Positions 1-6,986 of a stretch of 20,000 nucleotides of DNA are shown here, in pieces. The notes below the pieces were generated by a model. That model was not told where the DNA came from. It saw nothing but the letters and a program-made list of their open reading frames with translations, and did no database searches. The stretch's first letter is position 1. Every line of letters starts with the position of its first letter. This DNA comes from Spirogloea muscicola (taxonomy: Eukaryota): positions 992,947 through 1,012,946 of the forward strand of contig WELB01000024.1 in NCBI GenBank assembly GCA_009602725.1, in the 5' to 3' direction. The translations under genes and the position numbers were made by a program.

Positions 1-2045
1 CTGGAAGCATATCCTCACGTCGAGCATATCCCAAACTTGCAATGTTCTCCAGTAAGGCATGAAAGCGAGGACCCATGCAGCCCATAGTGTCAATTGCCGC
101 CGGTAGGAGGTGATTGCTGCGGGGGTAGTCAGAGTAGTGTCGGAGCATACTCTGCTCAGCACCTCCCACTGTGCGGCCAGCAATGTGCGCCGATGCGGAA
201 CTCTTGCATGCCTCCGTCACCACCACGTCAACCAAGGGTCGTGGGCCTCCGCCAGGTTGTACACCCACAATGTCCAGGGTGCGACGGTGAGGGCGTCCCT
301 GAGAGTCTGTGGTGATGGGCATTTTATTGCTCACTTCCACAATGGCGCGGTAGCTGGCGTCACGCATCAGGTCCGCCAGGGCGTCCCGTAGGAGACAATG
401 GACGCCCACCACCACAGGGCCTGCAGGACACCGCAGCATGTGCGTGGCAAGGTCTCCGCCCTCTGCACGGAAGCCGCATTCACACTGAGTTACTCCAATC
501 AGGCAGGTCGGGGGCAGGTCTAGGAACAGCTGGAGAAGCATCCAATATGCCTCGGGGTTGATTTTAGATGCGTTGTGGATGGCGTGCGTTGTGAGCCAGT
601 CCGTTGCCCCAGGTTTTGCGAGCGATGTGAGACGTGCCAGACTCCTTGGATTGGTACTGATACCTGGCATCATCTTCAATGTCTTGCGACGCTCATCCTC
701 ATCTGCTGCAACGAGTCTGGCCTGTGCCCCTTTGTCTGATGCTTGGGCAAGCGCTGAGAAGGGAGTGAAGAGGGCTTGCAGGGAGGGGAAGGAGCAGATT
801 GCTGACTCGCGGATGCTCCTCAATAGCACTTGAAATGCCAAGGAGCATTCCTCCACCTCAGCTGCAGGGCCAGCCAAACAAGGGAAGCGCAAGGGGAGAA
901 GGGAGGCAACCTGGTGCCAGCAACCGAGAAAGGCTGCCTGCGCGGTCTGTTCAAGTGACCGGCAGCCCAGGCCACCCTTTCGTGTGGGATGGGATGCCTG
1001 CAGGGAGGATGAAGGTGAGGGGAAGGATGGGTGTTGTATCAGGGAAGCCAGGCATTGCAGGAGGGAGGTGTCGAACTCCTTGTACAGCTCGCCCACCATG
1101 TCCGTTGGGGCGACTGTCCGCTGCAGGTAGCCCGCTCGTTGCCCAATGCACGAGTAAGGAGTGCCAGCGCCAGCTGCGGATCTGCAAGGAGGGGAAGTGA
1201 GGGAAGGGGGGCAAGGTGTTGCTGCAGTCGTTCACGCAAGTCTTCCGCTATGTGGAATGGTGTGCCAAGGGGAACCTTGACATCAGCCAGCCCATTGGCC
1301 GGTCTGGCAGCCTGGTGGGAGCTGGAGGTTGGTGAGGAGACCACGTGGTGACCATGCCGCATTCTTGCTGGGCAAACCCCGTAGGCCCATGGTGCTCAGT
1401 TCGTGTACGAGTAAGGGATAAGCCGCCATGACTTCTGACGGTGGGCCGACGATATGTGTGTCGTCGGCGTAGGAGGGGAAGAGGACGTTAGGTGCAGGCT
1501 CCGGGTGCGACGTAGTGCCTGGGAATGTGCCATGACGAAAAGTATGGGGCTGAGGGGGTCTCCCTGGCGTGTGCAAGTTGTGGACCATAAGGTCGTCCAA
1601 GACTCCTCCGCAAGCCACAGTAGCCGCCCTGGTCGGCCATAGGCCATGCGGAAAAGGGGAATCAAGGAGGGGAAGTGGTCACGCAGCTCCTCCATGATGG
1701 CACTGCGCTCCACTGTGTTGAAGGCGTCGGCTATGTCCAATCCAAGGACCATATGGGATGGGTTGACATCGAGGGCTGCGCGGATTCTGTGGACGAGGGC
1801 CTCTGCCCCGCAGGACATGCCAGCACCAAACTGGTGGGGTGAAAGATGGGTGGACAGCTGGGACTTCAGTTCGCCGCACAAAGACTTGGACAACAGCCGC
1901 ATGATGACCTCCGTCATGGCAATGGGCCTCACAACTCCTGACGGCTCGGCCAGGGCCAGCAAGTGGCTGGAGTTGAGGCGTTGACGATGCGAGGGGGTAT
2001 GGCGGCGCTGGCGATGTGCCGGCAGGTGGAGAGGAGCAGGGAGAA
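1..2045 (-). mobile_element. Decayed non-LTR retrotransposon with RT, Cys/His knuckle and C-terminal restriction-like endonuclease (CRE/SLACS-clade-like); 5'-truncated, 3' end beyond the left window edge
   Basis: Minus-strand translation joined across about 4 frameshifts (near 1977, 1505, 1290, 1145) gives RT motifs RPIAMTEVIMRL, HQFGAG..GAE, LDIADAFN, QGDPLSPILF and SYADD. A stop-free frame then runs from about 1150 to 1 with RAGYLQRT, PTRKGGLG, ARLTSLAKPGATDWL, a knuckle CECG..HMLRC and an RLE-like H..E..RRTLD..VDVVV..HY region. Clade assignment is from recalled motif style, not a search. Confidence 0.88.
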
Positions 2046-2140
2046 GCTACTAGCACAAGGGGCCCAAGGGTAGAGAAAATTAGCTCCTTTTTTCTAGCTT
2101 TTTCCGGCCCATTTGGACCTTGTCTATCCTTTTCTCTACT

Positions 2141-2710
2141 TACGTTGTTATTACGGAGGCGTATGAAGGTCCAGCATCGACACACATCGCTGGCCACGCA
2201 GTTGGCGGTGCAGAACAAACAAAGCTGCGGCACTACTCCGATTACCCACAATGCGATCAGCTCCTGCCAGCGGCAATCGACATCTATGGCTGTCTGGGTC
2301 CTTGTTTCCACGCTGCTTCAAAACATTGCCAATCTAGGCTACACTCGACGTGCAGATGTGTTTCCGGCTGAGATGGGCTTGCCAGCTGCATATTTGTCGC
2401 TCTTGCGACGACGAGTTTCGGACTGTTTGCGGCGTGCTCAGGCTAGTGCCTTGCACCAGAAAGCTGGGCGAGCTCTAGTTGGTGGCAGAAGGGCTCCGTT
2501 TCTGGCATCTAGTATTCATGCATCGAGTAGTGACCTTTATGTTTTGACCCGGTTATTGAGCGGGTCAATCTGCTCTAGCTTATGTAGATCTTTAGATGTG
2601 CTTGCCTTTGTACTTGGCCATTTGGCCTTCGTTTGTTTCAAACACACGAAACATTTTCGAGCTGGCTTTTCACAGCCCTCGCCACCATCTGATGAACTTT
2701 ACTTTCCTTC
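2141..2710 (+). mobile_element. 5'-truncated 3' fragment of the same retrotransposon family (endonuclease C-terminus plus 3' UTR), opposite orientation to copy 1
   Basis: Translates VVITEAYEGPASTHIAGHAVGGAEQTKLRHYSDYPQCDQLLPAAIDIYGCLGP../LLQNIANLGYTRR, clearly homologous to copy 1 (VVVTEACKSSASAHIAGRTVGGAEQSMLRHYSDYPRSNHLLPAAIDTMGCMGP..LLENIASLGYARR). It continues RRAQASALHQKAGRAL..SDLYVLT/GY* (TGA 2557-2559 after a frameshift), followed by a T-rich UTR and the hairpin at 2659-2678. Confidence 0.85.
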
Positions 2711-2737
2711 AAAGGGAGCGAGGGCTGTGAGAGATAG

Positions 2738-2869
2738 GAGAGAAGGTGCGCGAAGCGCATGAAAGGAAAGAGTGGCCAACTTAAGCCAATGAAGTGTCTA
2801 GGCAAAAGCTAGTGCAAAAAGTGGGGCTAGAGCACGCGAAGCCATATGCTGAGGTGGCTAAGGTAACAG
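2738..2869 (-). repeat. Dispersed repeat (retrotransposon 3' UTR variant); other copies at 4528-4598, 5214-5348 and 5575-5640
   Basis: Shared blocks GAGAGAAGG(T/C)GCGCG..GCAT, (TTC/TCT)AGGCAA and GCTAAGGTAACAG, all in the same orientation. At 5348 the repeat starts 8 nt after an RGY* stop, indicating it is a 3' UTR. Confidence 0.7.
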
Positions 2870-2917
2870 GAAGGAGAGGGGTGTATGAGGTATGTGAAAA
2901 AATTAAGCTATTCTGAC

Positions 2918-3290
2918 GGGGGCGAGGGCTGTGAAAGGCCAGCCTAAAGGAGTGTACAAGAAAGAAGTAAGTTCTCTGGAAGGAGGCGAGGCCTGTGAGA
3001 CGCCAGCCTCAAAGAAGTGAAAGGAAGACTCTTTCCAGTAGAGGGCGATGGCGATGGCTGTGATTGGCCAGCCCAGAAATAGAATTACGATGTTCGAAGG
3101 GGCCAGAAATGCGCCCTAAAAGCAGTAGAGGGCGATGGCTGTGAAGGCGATGGCTGTGGGCATGCCTCGCTCTGTCCAACTTGCTATCCTTCAATTAGGG
3201 CTACTAAGCTTGCATAAGAGAGAAGTGGCTCTCCCAATGGGGGCAAGGCCTGTGAGAAACCAGCCCGAAAATCGTTGACAAGGGTCGAAG
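2918..3290 (-). repeat. Degenerate tandem array of about 64-bp retrotransposon 3'-end units
   Basis: The motif GGCGAGGGCTGTGA(AAG)GCCAGCC recurs on + at 2921, 2985, 3050 (spacing 64, 65), 3131 (partial) and 3242. It is the reverse complement of the terminal motif of the 2141-2710 copy (2659-2683). Confidence 0.75.
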
Positions 3291-3313
3291 GGGCCAAATA
3301 CAAACGGGTAGAA

Positions 3314-3477
3314 GCGCAGTGCTCTGATCTGCGGCTGCTTAGCAGGGGTTACTGAGTGTCTCGTAGCAGCTTTGTTTCTGTTACTTAGCGCTTCCCCTGG
3401 CCCCCTTCTCGTACTCTGTTCATTCTTTTTCGGGCTGGTTGTTCCAGCCCCTATTCTCAATGGGCGAGCACCTCCTT
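3314..3477 (+). mobile_element. Short 3'-end fragment of the retrotransposon family (last codons SDLRLLSRGY* plus UTR and hairpin)
   Basis: tct gat ctg cgg ctg ctt agc agg ggt tac tga (stop 3353-3355). The UTR carries the hairpin GGGCTGG-TTGTT-CCAGCCC (3432-3450) and ends GGGCGAGCACCTCCTT. It is a near-identical inverted copy of 5926-6083. Confidence 0.8.
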
Positions 3478-5213
3478 GCATGGGCTCGGGGGCCTCTGCC
3501 TAATTTGCTGCGTCTGCCTCCTCTGCTTGCTTCGTCCTGCTACCATCCTGCCTCACGCTAGGCCTGCCAGTGCGCTCCGGCGGAGTCCCATTCTCGTCAC
3601 ACGCCAAGCTTAATGTCAGGCATATTACCGACTTGTCAAAGGCTCGTGGGGTGAGAGTGTCTACCTGAGCAAGCCCGGTGGCCACTTTTACGGACGGAGT
3701 ACCACATAAAACTATCACAATGTAATGCGGTCTGTGATTCATGATCGATTGAGGCCCTTACTATCTGCAGAAGGAGAGTGCAACTTTAGCTGCACGTAAA
3801 TGCATTGGACGTCTCATCACCCAGATATTTCAATATGATGACGAGCATGGGCCGAAGGCAATGTTTCAGCTGAAGTGTTCATTGCAGGTTATTGGCAGGA
3901 AGTTTTTGTCGCTAATAGAAGGCGTCTGTCAGTTACTGGGTTGTTGATGCAGAGCTTTCTAGATGTCAGCTAGCTCATGTCTCATGCTTATGATCACCGT
4001 GTTTGTACTAGGAAGTTTAAATGCAATGGTGCTCTAGTGTTCCAGTGCTTTCAACTTAGTTTACTGAGCGTTCCCTGGCTGATGTCTTAGTCCTAGTCGT
4101 TCGCACTCCGGCTCCTTCAGACCTTGTCCATTCCTTTGGGCTGGCCTTTCCCAGCGACCAGTCGATCTGGCCGCGCTTCTCTTTCAACTCTGACCAGACA
4201 TTTGCGTTGTCTTCCTGCTATGGCTCTCAAGGACTGATAGACCGGTCTGCTTGTTGGAAGCACCTGAACTTAGATACAATATCTTGGCCCATGCACGTGC
4301 AATAGCCAAGATGGACGGTTTTTGCTGTATGCATGTGAAGACTTACATGCCACTATGTGTGTAAGTACCTTCCTTACTTGCAGTGACATGGGATGTCCTC
4401 TTGAAGGAATGGCAAGCCAGAGCTGGCAGAGCCCGGAGGATTCATGGCAGAAAGCTTGCCTGTGCGCTTTGGTCTTCCGTGTCGCCGCGGCTGCCGATGC
4501 TCCGTGCCGAGGCACACCATGGCAAAAGAGAGAAGGCGCGCGGTGCGCATATTGTGAAAGCGAATCCAATTCAAGCCAATACATTGTTCAGGCAAAACAT
4601 GCAGAAAGTGCAAAAAATGCATTGCAAAGAATGTGGCTACCTAAAATGAAGACCTGTACTAAAGCTGCAAAAGCGGTCAGTTCCTAGAGTGCCAGCTGCG
4701 GTTGTAATCGCGCACTCCGAGCCCACGTCGGTGCCGGCACGCCGGTCCAGTTATGCGCGCTGGCCATCGCGCGCGTGCAAGCCTGGCGGCACCGAAGGGG
4801 CGGCGGACACGCGGGACGGCCCGCCAGGTGCGGTGCAGGTGGCTGGTGGGTGAGGCGGCGCGGGTCCCCCTCCACACGAGCGGCAACACGGCGGGAGGGG
4901 TCGAAAGCTTCGTCCATTCTCTCCGCCATCATGAGCGCCGCCTTTTGCGACGACAGGTCGCGGTGATGGTCGATGGGAGCCGCGAGCCGCTGCCGCCGCC
5001 GCCTGGGAGTGGCCCCGCCAAAGCCGGACGCGGTCCGCCGGATGGGGTTGCCTTTGCTTCTTCGTGCCTGAACAAACGTGCTTGACGTTATTTGGCCATC
5101 CTTCTATTCATTTGCACCGCAAAGGGAGCCAAATGACGGAGGGGCCTAAAGCCACAATGACGGAGGGGGCCTGAAGATGCTATGTCAGAACGGTGGGAGG
5201 ATGGACCACTCAT

Positions 5214-5560
5214 GAGAGAGGAGGCGCGCGGTGTGCATGTTATGGAAAGGTGGCTAACTCAATATATTTAGTTCAGGCAAGGTCTTTTGGTAGCGGAAAA
5301 TGGGGCTGCATGGAACGAGGCCCTATGCTACAGTCGCTAAGGTAACAGTGTGACGTTAATACCCACGGGTGAGTAATTACAAGTCCAACAAGCTAATTTG
5401 CGGAGCAGGAGCGCCACCGTGGAAGCCGGTGGCCTGACTTAAAGCGTGCCAGCACGCTAATAAAAACCAGAGCTTGCGTACGCTGCAATCTAAGGCAAGA
5501 GCCGCACTCTGTATCTTGCAACTAATGCCTGCGGAACGCTAGTACTGCCCCCCGAGTGCA
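5214..5560 (-). mobile_element. Diverged 3'-end fragment of the retrotransposon family
   Basis: The minus strand gives broken ARYRVRL../LQRTQALV../RAGTL and LDL*LLTRGY* (TAA at 5356-5358), matching RRRVSDCLRRAQASALHQKAGRAL..SDL.LL.RGY*. The following UTR (5348-5214) is similar to 2738-2869. Confidence 0.6.
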
Positions 5561-5574
5561 GATGAAAGAATGAA

Positions 5575-6240
5575 TGCATGAATTGAAGGGTGGACAAATC
5601 AACCCAACCCAACGCATTGTTCAGGCAAAACGTAGTGCAAGATGGAGGAAGTGCTCGCCCACAAAAGGTAGAGGCTGGGAAAGGCCAGCCCAAAAAGAGT
5701 GGACAAGGTCCAAAGAGACTTGGGCTTTGCGAAACGAAGCCAATGGGAGAGTCAGCTCATCCAAAGAAAATATATCGTGTATTTGTAACAAACAAAGGCC
5801 AAGCGGCCGAGTACAAAGGCAAGCACATCTAAAGACGTACATCACCTACAGCAGATTGAACAGCTGCAAAGGGGGCAAGGGGTGTGAGAAGCTAGTCCGA
5901 GAAGAGTTGACCAGGTCTGAAGAAAGTGCTCGCCCATTGAGGGTAGGGGCTGGGCTAAGCCCAAAGAAGAATGAACAGAGTACGAGAAGGGGGCCAGGGG
6001 AAGCGCTAAGGAAACAAGCACACAAAGAAACAAAGCAGCTACGAATCACTCAGTAACCCCTGCTAAGCAGCCGCAGATCAGAGATGCTAGGCTCCTGGAA
6101 GTGGGTCCCCTGGCCAGAGCCAGAGGCAGCAGCGAGGGCTCTGCCGGCACGAAGGTGCAGCGCGCTGGCCATAGAAGAAAGTGCTCGCCCATTGAGAATA
6201 GGGGCTGGAAAAGCCAGCCCAAAAAAGAATCAACAAAGGA
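5575..6240 (-). mobile_element. Head-to-tail string of retrotransposon 3'-end fragments, including the C-terminal coding piece MASALHLRAGRAL..SDLRLLSRGY* (6172-6050)
   Basis: A 41-codon minus-strand frame 6172-6050 is homologous to the C-terminus of copy 2. Hairpin/terminus units lie at 5647-5691, 5873-5898, 5921-5962 and 6176-6220. 5766-5859 is an inverted copy of the UTR at 2565-2658. Confidence 0.8.
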
Positions 6241-6299
6241 CGAGATAGACCTCTGCAGTGAGACGGCCAGGCGCATACGATACACTTGCGCCAGCGACC

Positions 6300-6986
6300 C
6301 GGCTGCAGGAAAGTCTACCGGCTCCCCATGGAAGCGACGGGCGATGGTGTGGCGGGCGAGCTCTGAAGGGGGCCGAGAAGGCCCCCTTCACAAACCACAA
6401 GCAAGCAAGTACCATGGCGGGAGGAGAGGTTGCCACCGGTCCATGCCGCGCCGTCGATGCGGCGGGGGGTGGTGCCCGGGGAGGAGGACGAATGAGGTTC
6501 CACCTGGTGCGGGTGCCACCTGGCTGGCGTGGCAGCCGCACTCGCCCCGGGCGCGCCCCGCCTTCGCGGAAGCCGCGCCGGGGCCTCTCACCCCACCGCC
6601 CCAGGACACGCGTCGACCCACACCCCCCCGCCAGTCACTTGGCGCCCCAGGCCCTCCATCGCCGCGAGCGGCCCCCTTCGCCCCCCCGCCGCCGCCGCCG
6701 CGCCTCGGGCAGCGCGGCAGCNGCCCCGCCGTGCCACCTTCGCGGCCGCTGAGGCCGGCTCCTCCACCGCGGCTGGCACTGGTTGTTCTCCTCGCTGCCT
6801 GCGGCTGCTCCTTGGCGTGCCCGGCTTCTATCCGGCGCCGGCGCCGGCGCGCCAGCGCTCGCGCAGGCGCCCTGGCCTGGGAGAGGGCGCCCCGTCCCTG
6901 TAATTAGGGTTGCTGACGCGGGCAGAGGGCCCGGCAGGCGGCGACTCAAGCCGGCTTGACGAGGAGCGGGCCTTTGGCAGCCAGCC
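6300..6986 (+). promoter_or_regulatory. GC/CpG-rich promoter and 5' UTR region of the Ca2+-ATPase gene
   Basis: Very GC-rich low-complexity stretch (GCC repeats near 6688-6700) directly upstream of the ATG at 6987, which is in a good GCCATGG context. Contains one ambiguous base (n, 6722). The transcription start cannot be determined. Confidence 0.45.

Noticed and set aside
1..2710. Twin-priming 5' inversion of a single element
   Set aside because: The two oppositely oriented pieces cover the same region of the protein and are clearly diverged, so they are separate copies.
2670..2730. Hammerhead ribozyme (CTGATGA at 2689-2695 inside a 13-bp stem)
   Set aside because: No correctly placed GAAA, stem III or cleavage triplet; the stem is explained by two tail-to-tail hairpin copies.
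2918..3290. CRISPR-like array (palindromic core with about 64-bp period)
   Set aside because: The context is eukaryotic, the repeats are degenerate, the 'spacers' are mutually related, there are no cas genes, and the units match the retroelement 3' end.
3555..3670. Additional RT fragment (LGLPVRSGGV resembles LPxRxGGLG)
   Set aside because: Single short motif with no supporting flanking similarity.
3835..3873. Box C/D snoRNA (ATGATGA...CTGA)
   Set aside because: Only about 40 nt between boxes, with no terminal stem and no recognisable guide.
3322..6083. Terminal inverted repeats of a DNA transposon
   Set aside because: Both arms contain the retroelement stop codon and UTR; no transposase or target-site duplication was seen.
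6608..6921. CAMTA CGCG boxes (ACGCGT 6608, ACGCGG 6916) and telo-box-like TAGGGTT (6905) upstream of ACA
   Set aside because: Such hexamers are expected by chance in very GC-rich DNA, and the telo-box is incomplete.
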